This document shows, piece after piece, positions 32,800 through 43,539 of a stretch of 64,000 nucleotides of DNA. This DNA comes from Patescibacteria group bacterium. GTDB lineage: Bacteria; Patescibacteriota; Minisyncoccia; JAHIHE01; JAGLIN01. The position numbers were made by a program, and so were the translations under genes. Location: assembly GCA_019428855.1 (NCBI GenBank), contig JAHYJV010000001.1, positions 14,885 to 78,884 of the forward strand, read 5' to 3'. Each line of letters opens with the position of its first letter. The stretch's first letter is position 1. The notes beneath the pieces are model-generated. The model did not search any database. It saw only the letters and a list, made by a program, of their open reading frames with translations, and had not been told where the DNA came from.

Positions 32800-33084
32800 T
32801 TATTTTGTTGCCTTCAGAAGTGCTATTCCGAAATTACCTTTTGAGGACCCAACAACTTTGAGTTGTTCTTCGGTTTGCAGGTAGCGTACTAACCATTCAA
32901 TTTCATCTACTGCCTTCAACAATCCAGAGTGCTCAGTTTTCTCAGGATATTTTTCACAAATTTTTTTATATGCAATTTCCGCAAGCTCTTCTGATGTCCA
33001 TGGATGATTTCCACTCGCGGCTTCAAGAATCGTTTTAATTATCTAATTTTCACTTCTCTTCACAAAACTCTCAATATTTTCCAT
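32800..33084 (-). pseudogene. antisense small gene with one internal TAG (possible winged helix)
   Basis: MENIESFVKRSEN*IIKTILEAASGNHPWTSEELAEIAY...EIEWLVRYLQTEEQLKVVG...; minus-strand terminator-like hairpin at ~32758-32792. Confidence 0.5.
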
Positions 33085-33138
33085 TAAATCTTCTCTATTT
33101 TCATTTATGTTAATTGAAACTTATCAAACTACAAAAAA

Positions 33139-34185
33139 ATGTCAAGCATATTTTTATATTTCCAACCATTTTTAATAACATTTATTTTCAGTCTTATTAT
33201 CACTATGGCGCTTATTTTGTTTGGACAGAAATACAAGCTATTTGACCCTTTAAAAGAAGATAAGATTCATAAGCAAAACGTGGCAAGGTTTGGTGGAGCG
33301 GGAATTATACTTTCTTTTTTGATTGGAATGTTTTTTTCAGGTGAATTGGTTTTTGATAGTTTGAAGTGGGGGATTGTATTTTCTACTTTGATGATTTTGT
33401 TTTTTGGTATGTATGACGATTTAAAAAATGCAAACTGGAAAAAGCAGTTTTTTGTTCAATGTTTTGTCGCTCTGTTGATGATTTATGCGGGGCTGACTGT
33501 CGATTATATTGCGAATCCATTCGGCGGAGCAGAATTCCGATTAGACGGTCTGAGTGGTCAATTTTTTGGATTTTCATTTTCAATTTTAGGCTCACTGTTC
33601 ATTATTTTTTGGATTGTGGGATTGATGAATGCCATGAATTGGTTGGATGGACTTGACGGTCTTTCTGGGGGAGTTGGATTTATCGGAGCGATGACAATGT
33701 TTTATTTGAGTGTTTCAGCGATTGTAAATCAACCGCCGCTTGCCATAATTTCAATAATATTTGCTGGATCAATTTTGGGATTTTTGGTTTTTAATTTTCA
33801 TCCGGCAAAAATATTCATGGGAACGAGTGGTTCAATGTTCTTGGGATTTATGTTGGCAGTTTTAGCAATTTTTTCGGGTGGAAAGATTGCTACTTTACTC
33901 TTGGTAATGGGATTGCCAATCTTAGATGCAATATGGGTTATTATGCGAAGAATAAATGCAAAAAAATCTCCTTTTAAAGGGGATATGCGTCATTTACATT
34001 ATCGTCTGTTGACCAGAGGCTGGAGCCAAAAGAAAATAGTTCTTTTTGTTTATTCAATTTGCATCTTATTCGGATTTTTAGCAATACAACTGCAAAGCTT
34101 TGAGAAGATACTGTCTTTCATTTTTCTGTTTCTAATTTCAATAATAATGTTGATATATTTTAATAAAAATTTAATTAAACATTAA
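33139..34185 (+). CDS. undecaprenyl-phosphate alpha-N-acetylglucosaminyl 1-phosphate transferase (WecA/TagO, MraY family)
   Basis: GMYDD, NAMNWLDGLDGL, NFHPAKIFMG, HLHYRL motifs. Confidence 0.92.
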   Translation: MSSIFLYFQPFLITFIFSLIITMALILFGQKYKLFDPLKEDKIHKQNVARFGGAGIILSFLIGMFFSGELVFDSLKWGIVFSTLMILFFGMYDDLKNANWKKQFFVQCFVALLMIYAGLTVDYIANPFGGAEFRLDGLSGQFFGFSFSILGSLFIIFWIVGLMNAMNWLDGLDGLSGGVGFIGAMTMFYLSVSAIVNQPPLAIISIIFAGSILGFLVFNFHPAKIFMGTSGSMFLGFMLAVLAIFSGGKIATLLLVMGLPILDAIWVIMRRINAKKSPFKGDMRHLHYRLLTRGWSQKKIVLFVYSICILFGFLAIQLQSFEKILSFIFLFLISIIMLIYFNKNLIKH

Positions 34186-34270
34186 AGAATTTAAATATTC
34201 AATTTTCAAGTCTGAAAGAGCTTTTATTAGAGACTTGGGTGCGAAGCTTAATATATAAGAACTTCTAAAA

Positions 34271-36748
34271 ATGAAGAAAATAGTATTTAGAATAAAAAAA
34301 ATTTTGAAAGAAAAGATTGGTGATTTTTTGGTAATTGGTGTATTAATTTTGGCAATATTAATTTTCTTTCAAGAACCAATTTATAATGGTTTTGTTCAGT
34401 CTTCGGCAAAGATATTATATAGTACTGATAGCTTGCATATAAATGATTCATCAGCTGTAGAAAATTTTACAAGTAATGGATTACTCGGTGATACGATTTA
34501 TCAATTTTACCCTTGGCACAAATTCACCTTAGACTCAATAAAGAAATTTGAAATTCCTTTTTGGAATCCATATGTTCTTGGAGGTGTTCCTTTTTTTGCA
34601 AATTATCAATCTTCCCTTTTTGAATTTACAAGATTGGTATCTTATTTATTAAGTATTCCATTAAATCATTTTTCCTTTTTTTCAGCATTTGTTGAATTGT
34701 TTTTTGCTGGTTTATTTACTTTTTTGTTTGTGAGAAATTTAAAGGTTAGTAGATTAGGTAGTATTGTTAGTGCTATATCCTTTATGTTTTCGCTACCACT
34801 CGTTGTTTGGATGCAACACCCAATTGGGAAAGTAATTATTTGGTTGCCACTTATACTACTTTGTATTGATAAGATTATAAAAAGAAAATTTTACTATATT
34901 TCAATATTAGCATTCGCTATTGCTTTTCAGTTTTTTGCTGGTAATCCTGAGATTTCTTTTTTTGTTCTTCTGTTAGGCTTATCCTATGCTATTTTCCGAA
35001 CTTTAAATCAAGAATATAATCTGAAATATTCAAAAATAAAAATTTTATCTATTCTGACAATTCCATTTATCTTAGGTGGATTAATCGCCTTAGTACAAAT
35101 TATTCCATTTTTAGAGTTATTATCTCAAAGTGATATGGTTGGTGTTGGCAGAACAGGGAGTGCTGGCACAAATATTTTTGAAGCGATTTTTTCTGGTCAA
35201 TGGAATACCTGGAATAGTTCAGAAGGAGTAAAGGAATTTATAAAAAATATATCTGTAGCCTTTAATCCAAATTTATACGGTTCTCCGGTAATTAATAGTT
35301 GGTGGAGAGAAACTGGAAATTATAGTGAGAATTCAATTTATTTTGGATTTTTGCCTTTCTTATTCTCTTTGATAGCTGTAATGTTCTCTTTCAAAAAGAA
35401 GAATGTTAAGTTTTTTTTAGTAGTTGGAATTTCATCATTATTCATATCAATTGCTATTCCTATTTTTGTTTTGTTTAATTATTTACCTATATTTAATTTG
35501 GTTAATCTGGGAAGATTAAGATTAGTTTATGTTTTTTGTGGGGCCGTGCTTGCCGGAATTGGCTTTGATTATGTATTTAATAAAGAAAATATAAATAAAA
35601 AGAAAATTATTATTATTGTGCTATTATTCGTTTTGCTTCTTACATTTTATTCTATCGTAGTGTTTACATTGAGAAGTTTAATGCAGGTTGATTTGTTTAA
35701 AGCTCAACTGATAAAAAATTATTTATTGATATTTTCAAGTATTTTTATTTTAGGCATTTCTTTGTTTGTTGTATATAAAAAAGGTGAATTAAAAAAATCG
35801 TTTAGGTTTAATAAACATGTTATCATTACTATGATATTTTTTGATTTATTTTTATATGGAAGCAGCTATCATCCGTCTTTAGAGGAAAAATATATTTATC
35901 CTCAGAGAGAAGGAATTGCTTTTTTGACTCAAAATACAAGCAATTATGAAAGGGTAACAAGTTTAAAATTTGATAACACAAAATTACAATCTTCTCTAAT
36001 ACCAAATTCAAGTATTGTATATAATCTTTATGATGCAAGGGGATTTGAGGTTGTAAAAATTAGTAGATACGAGAAATTGGTTGAAAAAGATTTTAATCAG
36101 ATAGGAGAATATTTTTTAGGAGGTAATCCACCAGACAGGCTTCTGGATGTTTTAGGAGTAAAATATATTATTCAGGAAAAAAATAGTAGGGAAGATCAAA
36201 ATTTAGCTGATAAAAAATATAAATTGTCATATTCGGATGATGATATAAATATATATGAGAATTCTGGTTATTTGCCGAAAGTTTTCTTTGTTGAGAATAT
36301 AATTAATATAAAAAATATCGATGATGCCTTAAATATGTTTCCGAAATTTAATTATACAAAAGAAGCTTTAGTAGAAATAGATGATCTGGAAAAGATTAAA
36401 AGCTATAATTTAAAGAGTCAGAGAGAAAATTCTGAGAGTGATGTTCTAGAAATTAAACAATATTCTCCAAATTATATCGAGGTTCAGTCTAGTAGTGAAA
36501 ATGAGAACTTTATGGTACTAAGCGATACTTACTATAAAAATTGGCATGCTTATGTAGATGGTGAAGAAACAATTATATATCCTGTGAATGTTGCCTTTCG
36601 TGGAATATTTGTGCCAGACGGAAACCACAGAATCGTTTTTAAATATTCTCCTTATAGATTTAATTTATTAATTATTATCTCAATTTTTACTGTTTTCATC
36701 TCAGTTATTTTATTCATGAAAGAAATTAGACCTAGGAAGAATAAATAG
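34271..36748 (+). CDS. YfhO family membrane protein (putative GT-C)
   Basis: PFWNPY-GG-PF N-terminus, many TMs, C-terminal SDTYY-NW-AYVDG...FRGIFVPDGNH. Confidence 0.85.
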   Translation: MKKIVFRIKKILKEKIGDFLVIGVLILAILIFFQEPIYNGFVQSSAKILYSTDSLHINDSSAVENFTSNGLLGDTIYQFYPWHKFTLDSIKKFEIPFWNPYVLGGVPFFANYQSSLFEFTRLVSYLLSIPLNHFSFFSAFVELFFAGLFTFLFVRNLKVSRLGSIVSAISFMFSLPLVVWMQHPIGKVIIWLPLILLCIDKIIKRKFYYISILAFAIAFQFFAGNPEISFFVLLLGLSYAIFRTLNQEYNLKYSKIKILSILTIPFILGGLIALVQIIPFLELLSQSDMVGVGRTGSAGTNIFEAIFSGQWNTWNSSEGVKEFIKNISVAFNPNLYGSPVINSWWRETGNYSENSIYFGFLPFLFSLIAVMFSFKKKNVKFFLVVGISSLFISIAIPIFVLFNYLPIFNLVNLGRLRLVYVFCGAVLAGIGFDYVFNKENINKKKIIIIVLLFVLLLTFYSIVVFTLRSLMQVDLFKAQLIKNYLLIFSSIFILGISLFVVYKKGELKKSFRFNKHVIITMIFFDLFLYGSSYHPSLEEKYIYPQREGIAFLTQNTSNYERVTSLKFDNTKLQSSLIPNSSIVYNLYDARGFEVVKISRYEKLVEKDFNQIGEYFLGGNPPDRLLDVLGVKYIIQEKNSREDQNLADKKYKLSYSDDDINIYENSGYLPKVFFVENIINIKNIDDALNMFPKFNYTKEALVEIDDLEKIKSYNLKSQRENSESDVLEIKQYSPNYIEVQSSSENENFMVLSDTYYKNWHAYVDGEETIIYPVNVAFRGIFVPDGNHRIVFKYSPYRFNLLIIISIFTVFISVILFMKEIRPRKNK

Positions 36749-37251
36749 TGGTTTTATTAAACAATGTTAGGCTTAATGTTTTATAAAATTTTATAGATGT
36801 AATTTTAGACATTTTACTTAGCTTATTAAAAAATTGTAATTTTCTTCAGGGATGTTTTACCGAGGTTTGTGTATTTTAATGAGGCTGTTATATCTTTTAT
36901 GAGTATGTCCTATATCTTGCGGGGTATCTGTTTTGGGTTCGTGCGTTTATGTGATAAAAATGCCTTGCAAGATGTAAGGTATCTTCGTTAAAGATAAAAA
37001 TATCTACTGGGCTGTTTTTTTAAATTTAGATTTTATCGTGATATTGACATAAATTCAATCAGTTGCTATATTAGAGGGGTTAGTAAGCGATAAGAACAAA
37101 TATGTGAGAAGGATATTACATAGAAAAAAATTTTCTATTGGTAATATTGAAGAAATAGTGAAAATTTGAAGATTTATTAGTGAGATTATATAAATTTATA
37201 ATCTGGCGAATATCAATTAAATATTTTAAAATATAAATTAATAAAAACATC

Positions 37252-37572
37252 ATGATTGCAGTAATAAAAACAGGTGGGAAGCAATATAAAGTTTCTCCGA
37301 AAGATAAATTAAAGATTGAAAAGATTGAAGGCGAGGAAGGTGCAAAAGTTGTTTTTGATCAAGTGCTTCTTATTTCAGATGACAGTGGTCATGAAATCTC
37401 AATCGGAGCTCCAATCGTTGAAGGATCAAAAGTTGAGGGTGTCATATTGAAACAAGCAAGGTCAAAAAAAATTGATGTTATCAAACATAAGGCAAAAAAG
37501 AGATATAACAGAAGAGCAGGTCATAGACAATATTTTACTGAAGTAGAAATCGGAAATATTGTCAAAGCATAA
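37252..37572 (+). CDS. rplU: 50S ribosomal protein L21
   Basis: AVIKTGGKQYKV and GHRQ motifs. Confidence 0.97.
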   Translation: MIAVIKTGGKQYKVSPKDKLKIEKIEGEEGAKVVFDQVLLISDDSGHEISIGAPIVEGSKVEGVILKQARSKKIDVIKHKAKKRYNRRAGHRQYFTEVEIGNIVKA

Positions 37573-37582
37573 ATAAATCTGA

Positions 37583-37618
37583 AAACAAAAAAGACTTTGT
37601 TAGAAGTCTTTTTTGTTT
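37583..37618 (+). terminator. intrinsic terminator after rplU
   Basis: AAACAAAAAAGACTT / AAGTCTTTTTTGTTT. Confidence 0.75.
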
Positions 37619-37947
37619 GCAGATTGGGGTTTGAGAAACTGATTTAAAATAAGTTAAACTAGGTTTATCAACACATCGAAGGATAGTCCTTTGGAGATTT
37701 CATATAACAAAAATCAAAAAATAAATCAAAACGATATTATTAAGATGTTGACTTAAGGAACTGCTCTTGTTTTAGGGAATATTGAAGGTACTCTATATTT
37801 TTCGGTATCAGTTTACACTTTAAATAACTTGCCCTGAGTGATAGTCGAATTGGGAGGTAAAATTGCAAATTATTAAGAATGATTATTAGAATTTTAATAA
37901 TTCTATCTCGCTTTATAAAAAATAGATGAAAAATCAGTAAACTCGAA

Positions 37948-38544
37948 TTATTTATATTCTACTCTTTGCGTGAGGGCATTGCCGATTGTAGCTTGGTCAA
38001 CATATTCCAAATCACTGCCAGTGGAAAGCCCTCGAGCGAGGCGAGTGATTTTGACTTTAAAATTTTTCAAAACATTAAGTAAATACAATGCAGTAGTTTC
38101 ACCTTCTGAATTTGGGTTTGTAGCGATGATAATTTCCCGAATCTCAGCTTGATTTATTCTTTTTACTAATTCTTTGATATGAAGTTTTTCGGGGCTAATT
38201 CCTTCATTGGGTTTGATGCTTCCACCTAGTACATGATATAGTCCTTTGAATTTGTTAGTTTTTTCTATGGAAGGTATATTCATTGCTTCTTCAATAACAC
38301 AGATAATTGAGTTATCTCTTTTTGAATCGATGCAAAATTCACAGAAATCATTTTCTGAGATGTTGAAACAATTTTTACAGATTTTAATATCTTTTTTAAG
38401 TTTTGCAATCGCGTGGGAAAGTAGTTCTGAATCAAAATCGGAACGACGCAGAAGGTTAAAGGCAAACCGTCCAGCAGTTCGTGGTCCTATTCCTGGTAGT
38501 TTTGCAAATTCATTAATAACATCTTGAATAGGTTTGGGATACAT
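37948..38544 (-). CDS. recR: recombination mediator RecR
   Basis: LPGIGPRTA, C4 zinc finger, YHVLGG, EGETTA, TRLARG motifs. Confidence 0.97.
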   Translation of the reverse strand: MYPKPIQDVINEFAKLPGIGPRTAGRFAFNLLRRSDFDSELLSHAIAKLKKDIKICKNCFNISENDFCEFCIDSKRDNSIICVIEEAMNIPSIEKTNKFKGLYHVLGGSIKPNEGISPEKLHIKELVKRINQAEIREIIIATNPNSEGETTALYLLNVLKNFKVKITRLARGLSTGSDLEYVDQATIGNALTQRVEYK

Positions 38545-38609
38545 ATTTTTAAGTTAAGATATTACTTGATAGAAAAAGTTTAGATTTGTCGTGCTTAAGC
38601 TTGGGTTTA

Positions 38610-39980
38610 TTATTGACGAGATTTATCAATATTTCTGAAGCTAGTGCATTGTTCATTGAAATATAGGCTAGCACTTCCAATTGGCCCATTTCTGTGTTTT
38701 GCGACAAGTATTTCTGCTATGTTTGTCTTATCAGTGTCTCTATTAACTCTGTCTTCTCTGTAAATAAACAAAACAACATCAGCATCTTGTTCGATTGAAC
38801 CGCTTTCACGCAAATCTGAAAGTTTTGGCTTTTGATCGGTTCGAGATTCAATGCCTCTTGAAAGCTGAGAAAGGGCGACAATCGGAATATTTAATTCTCT
38901 GGCAAGTCCTTTTAGGGATCTGGAAATCTCGCTAACCTCCAAGACACGATTTTCAATCCGACCACCTCTACCTTCAATGAGTTGTAGATAGTCAATGATA
39001 ATTAGTCCAAGACCGTGTTCTGCTTGTAATCTTCTTGCCATAGTTCTCATGCCCATAACATTGAGACCAGCAGTATCGTCAATAAAAAGAGGTGCTTCGG
39101 AAAGAACTCCCATAGCATGTCCAATTCTTGAAAAGTCGTCATTTTCTCCTATACTGGAAAGTTTTCCTGTTCTCATTTTCCAAAGATCAATATTCGCTTC
39201 AGCACAAATTAACCTATCAATAACCTCTCCTTTTGACATTTCCAAGGAGAAGACTCCAACTGGTACCTTTTCTTTGACGGAGGCATGTCGTGCGAGATCC
39301 ATCGCTAGCGATGATTTACCAACACTAGGTCGGGCACCGATGATAATTAAGTTTGATTCTTGGAGACCAGAAAGAATGTTATCAAGGTCGGTGAAGCCTG
39401 TTGGAATACCACGCATCTTTCCTTTATTTTTGTGTAGGTCGTCGATTCTATCAAAAGCTTCTTCGAGGATTGGTTTTATTGGCGTAAAATCCTGTCTGAC
39501 ATGTTTTTTAGAAACTGAAAATATTTTTTTTTCAGCGTCATCAAGAGTTAATTCAATTTCTTTGGTTTCCTTATAGGCATCGGAAATAATTTCAGATGCA
39601 TTATCGATTAATTTTCGAAGGACAGATTTTTTGGAAACAATTTTTGCATAATGAAGAACATTGGCGGCAGTTGGAACAGTATTTGCTAGTGATGCTAAAT
39701 AGCTATGCCCCCCAATTTTTTCAAGGCTTTCTGTATCTTTTAGTCGATTAGAAAGACTTAAAAGATCGATTGGTTCATGATGCTCATAGAGATAAAGCAT
39801 GGCCTCATAAATTTTCCCATGAGAATTTTTGTAAAAATCTTCAGGAGAAATTAAATCTCCGACTTTAATAATGGCATTTTTGTCTATCATTAATGATCCC
39901 AGAACAGATTGTTCAGCTTCAAGATTTTGTGGTGGTAATTTTTCTGTGTTAAAATCAGGATTTTTATCTTTTTTTGACAT
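38610..39980 (-). CDS. dnaB: replicative DNA helicase
   Basis: PPQNLEAEQSVLG, ARPSVGKS, IDYLQL, LRESGSIEQDAD; no intein. Confidence 0.98.
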   Translation of the reverse strand: MSKKDKNPDFNTEKLPPQNLEAEQSVLGSLMIDKNAIIKVGDLISPEDFYKNSHGKIYEAMLYLYEHHEPIDLLSLSNRLKDTESLEKIGGHSYLASLANTVPTAANVLHYAKIVSKKSVLRKLIDNASEIISDAYKETKEIELTLDDAEKKIFSVSKKHVRQDFTPIKPILEEAFDRIDDLHKNKGKMRGIPTGFTDLDNILSGLQESNLIIIGARPSVGKSSLAMDLARHASVKEKVPVGVFSLEMSKGEVIDRLICAEANIDLWKMRTGKLSSIGENDDFSRIGHAMGVLSEAPLFIDDTAGLNVMGMRTMARRLQAEHGLGLIIIDYLQLIEGRGGRIENRVLEVSEISRSLKGLARELNIPIVALSQLSRGIESRTDQKPKLSDLRESGSIEQDADVVLFIYREDRVNRDTDKTNIAEILVAKHRNGPIGSASLYFNEQCTSFRNIDKSRQ

Positions 39981-40130
39981 ATGATTAAAGATGTATTAAT
40001 TAAAAAAATATATAAAATAGGACTAAATTTCGTGAGACTATCTTGATCTCTATCTGTGTAGTATACAAAAATAAGCCATTTAAATCAATAGCTTATTTAT
40101 GCTCTTATAATACACAGGTTGTTCAAGGAT

Positions 40131-41540
40131 TTATTTTTTTCTAAGCCTAGTTTCTTTTGAGGTGTCTTTGACAGTGAAACCTTTCATTTCAATCTCTGTT
40201 CGTAATTTATCTGAGAGATCCCAATTTTTGTTTTCTCTGGCTTTATTTCTTCGATTCACTAAGTTACTAATTTCTTGAGGAATATTTTCTTCCGGAGAAA
40301 TATTGTTTAATTCAAATCCAAAAACTTCATCAAATTTTAGCAATGTAGCTTTTTTGTCTTCCGTGTTGAAATTTTTTGACTTTATCATTTCCCAGGTGAT
40401 TGCTAATGCTTTTGGGCTGTCTAAATTATTTTCTAAAGCTTCTTTAAACCTTGTTTCGTAGTCCGCAATAATTTTACCATTATTATTTTTGCAAGATTTC
40501 AAGAAGGTGTAAATCTTATTCAGAGTAGTTTGATTTGCCTCGAGGCTTTTCCAAGTAAAATTTAACTTAGATTGATAGTGGGCAGTTAAAAACAAATATC
40601 TAAGTGATAGGGGATGAAAACCTTTTTCTTTCAATTCTTGCAAAGAATAAGAAGTTCCTTCTGATTTGGCCATTTTTTTATTATCCACGAGGAGATGTTC
40701 ATTGTGAAGCCAATAATTTGCAAATGTCACACCGTTTGCGCTTTCACTTTGAGCAATTTCGTTCGTATGGTGGACGGGAATATGTTCAATACCTCCCATA
40801 TGTATATCAAGTGTATTTCCAAGATATGTTTTGCTCATCACGGAACATTCAATGTGCCACCCAGGAAAACCATTTCCGTTTTCAACAAGTTTGGATGTGA
40901 AAGGGGACGACCAAAATTGTAAAGCATGCTGGTGTTTTCCGGCTTTGAAAAACCAGAGGGCAAAATCGGAGGAATGTTTTTTTTGCGGGTCGCTTATTTC
41001 ACTTTTCCCAGCACCTTGAATGTTTTCTTCCATAATTTGTCCTGATAATTTTGTATAGTTTTTTACTTTTGACACCTCAAAATATATAGCTAAATCTGTT
41101 GTGTAGGCATACTTTTTTTCAATCAAGGTTTGAACCATTTTAATTATTGCGTTGATGTGTTGAGTGACTCGTGGCTTAACTGTTGGCTCAAGCAGGTTTA
41201 ATTCTTTTGTATCTTGTTCAAAAATGGCAATATATTTCTTGGCAATTTCTTCAGGACTTGTGCCTTCTCGGCGAACTCCTTTTTCCATTTTGTCCTCACC
41301 TTCATCGCCGTCAGATGTGAGATGTCCTACGTCGGTATAGTTTCTGACATGCGTTACTGCATAGCCGAGATATTTAAATGTTCTCACAGCAAGGTCAGCA
41401 CAAAACATTCCTCGTAAATTTCCGATATGCTGAGTCCAATAAACGGTGGGTCCACAATGATAAAGCTTAATTTTTTCTTTCTCTATTGGCTCAAATTCAC
41501 GCATACTCTTTGAGAGGGTATCATAAAGTTTAATTGTCAT
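40131..41540 (-). CDS. cysS: cysteine--tRNA ligase
   Basis: CGPTVY, HIGN, PGWHIECS, HHTNE, KMAKS motifs. Confidence 0.97.
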   Translation of the reverse strand: MTIKLYDTLSKSMREFEPIEKEKIKLYHCGPTVYWTQHIGNLRGMFCADLAVRTFKYLGYAVTHVRNYTDVGHLTSDGDEGEDKMEKGVRREGTSPEEIAKKYIAIFEQDTKELNLLEPTVKPRVTQHINAIIKMVQTLIEKKYAYTTDLAIYFEVSKVKNYTKLSGQIMEENIQGAGKSEISDPQKKHSSDFALWFFKAGKHQHALQFWSSPFTSKLVENGNGFPGWHIECSVMSKTYLGNTLDIHMGGIEHIPVHHTNEIAQSESANGVTFANYWLHNEHLLVDNKKMAKSEGTSYSLQELKEKGFHPLSLRYLFLTAHYQSKLNFTWKSLEANQTTLNKIYTFLKSCKNNNGKIIADYETRFKEALENNLDSPKALAITWEMIKSKNFNTEDKKATLLKFDEVFGFELNNISPEENIPQEISNLVNRRNKARENKNWDLSDKLRTEIEMKGFTVKDTSKETRLRKK

Positions 41541-41609
41541 ATTATATATTTGGTTAATATTATCTAGTATTTAAATTATTGCATAATTTCGGAAAAATGC
41601 AAATAAAAA

Positions 41610-41722
41610 GGCTCTACACTAATTAGTGTGGTTGATAACTAAAGAAGTGGTAGAACGATATTGATAAATTAACAATTCATGTCACTCCTTTGAAAAATGT
41701 AATCAAAAACTCGTTTAAAATT
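41610..41722. repeat. GGCTCTACACTAA-ended short IS-like element, copy 1
   Basis: Homologous to 43257-43510 (same orientation) and 59680-59803 (inverted). Confidence 0.75.
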
Positions 41723-41889
41723 TCATCATAGGTGGCGGTAAAAGCCGAGAAGTCCCTATTAATCGCACTAAGTCTTATCAAACATCAATTCCGAGCTATA
41801 AACGATTCCTTTATGCAGTTTTACTATTATTGGAATGACAGTTAAAAATTATTATATTTTAATCATCATCTGTTTTGAAAAAAGCTAAT

Positions 41890-41990
41890 AAAAAACAGCC
41901 TATTGGCGTTTAATTTAGCGGGAGAGTAGGGTAGCTGTAGCAACGAACTCCAGCTACCCCATGTGTTCCTTTTTCGGAACATTTTTTATT
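41890..41990 (-). ncRNA. candidate small structured RNA
   Basis: Minus-strand TTGACA(42025-42020)-17-TATATT promoter, two GC-rich hairpins, terminator-like GCC-AATA-GGC plus T-run. Confidence 0.45.
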
Positions 41991-42264
41991 ACATTAAATA
42001 TATCAATTAACTATAATAATGTCAATAGCACAAATATGGTGACAAATAAAAGGAAAAATATACTTATCCACATTTTACAGAAAAGTGAATTGGTGCGGTG
42101 TACTGAATATTGAAATACAAAATTTAGATTAAATATCTAAATTTAGCGTGGTTAGTTTTTTTCAAAGCCCATCTTTACATTATAATATTTTTTTAAAAAA
42201 CAAAAAAACTTGTAGCTAAGGATTTTTGTTTATACAAACTTTAAGATTTTGATTATTGCTAGTG

Positions 42265-43182
42265 TTATAACCATGTTTTGAATTTGAAATAAACAAATGA
42301 AATTGAAGTTACGAACATCATGAAAAATATTACAGTCCAAAATCCGTATGGTTGATTTTCAAAAGGCATCCCGTTAGTGACATTCATGCCGAAGACATTG
42401 GCTATGAGTGAGAGGGGAAGCATAATAACGGAAAATGCGGTCAAAATCTTCATGGTATTGTTTAATTTATAAGACAAAAGGGATTCGTTAGTATGCTCTA
42501 GGGCTTCAATCATTTCTTTGTGATTTTCTAAAGTATTCCATACTTTGATGTTTGAACCGATTACTTCGGTGGAAAGTCTGGTTAAATTCGAATCAGAAAT
42601 TTTTGTAATATTTCGAGAAAGAATTTCAAGAACCATTCTCTGTGGTTTCATTATTCTTCTGAAACTGATGATATCGTGTTTGACAATGGCAATTTCACTA
42701 ACCATCTTTCTTTCATCTCCATTAAAAATTCCATCCTCGACATTACTAATATGATCATCAATGTGATCAAGCATAGGCATTCTGGTATCAATTAGTTTGT
42801 CTAATATTTTAAAGATAAGTTCTCCAGCATTATTTTTCAGATAGTAGTTTTTTGCCAGTTCATGAGCATTGCATTTTTCATATATTTTTTTGAGTTCAGG
42901 TAAAGACCCATTGTGACTAGTGATGAGAGTATCATTGAATAAAAGTATATCAAGTTCTGTTGCAGTTGTTTTTCTAATTTTCCTATTAAAAACTGGAAAA
43001 TGGATGACGATAAAAAAATAATCCTTGTAAATTTCAACTTTAGGTCTCTTTATTTTTGGGACATATTCTCTGAGGATTGATGGACAAATATTAAAATCAC
43101 GTTTCAAATATTCTACAGTATTTTTATTTGGATTTTCAATGTCAATCCATTTTACTTTACCATTTTGGATTTCTTGTTGCAT
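42265..43182 (-). CDS. corA: CorA family Mg2+/Co2+ transporter
   Basis: WIDIENP, RPKVE, GMN signature between two C-terminal TMs. Confidence 0.93.
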   Translation of the reverse strand: MQQEIQNGKVKWIDIENPNKNTVEYLKRDFNICPSILREYVPKIKRPKVEIYKDYFFIVIHFPVFNRKIRKTTATELDILLFNDTLITSHNGSLPELKKIYEKCNAHELAKNYYLKNNAGELIFKILDKLIDTRMPMLDHIDDHISNVEDGIFNGDERKMVSEIAIVKHDIISFRRIMKPQRMVLEILSRNITKISDSNLTRLSTEVIGSNIKVWNTLENHKEMIEALEHTNESLLSYKLNNTMKILTAFSVIMLPLSLIANVFGMNVTNGMPFENQPYGFWTVIFFMMFVTSISFVYFKFKTWL

Positions 43183-43256
43183 ATATTATTTTAATAAAAA
43201 ATTTAAGATCATTATCGTTATTATACAGTTTTTTAAAACGATTGACAAATAATTTG

Positions 43257-43510
43257 GGCTCTACACTAATAATTGTGGTGAAAAGCTAAAGAAGTGGTAG
43301 AATTATATTGATAAATTATTTTTAAATTACAAAATTCAACATACTTGTCACCCTGAGCCTGTCGAAGGGTTGAAGTTACAAGAAATATTATCAATCAATA
43401 TGAATTTACTTCGACAAGCTCACCATGACAAATTTAGCTATTTCGTAATTCAAAAGAATAAACAATACACCACTCCTTAGAAAAATGATATCAAAAAACT
43501 GTTTTTATAT
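43257..43510. repeat. GGCTCTACACTAA-ended element, copy 2, interrupted by a MITE
   Basis: Aligns to 41610-41722 on both sides of the 43321-43455 insert. Confidence 0.75.
43321..43455. mobile_element. MITE, core type 1
   Basis: TTTAAATTACAAAAT...ATTTCGTAATTCAAA; homologue of 11064-11199. Confidence 0.85.
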
Positions 43511-43539
43511 ATCAAGTATTTGCTTTTCTCTCAAGCCCC

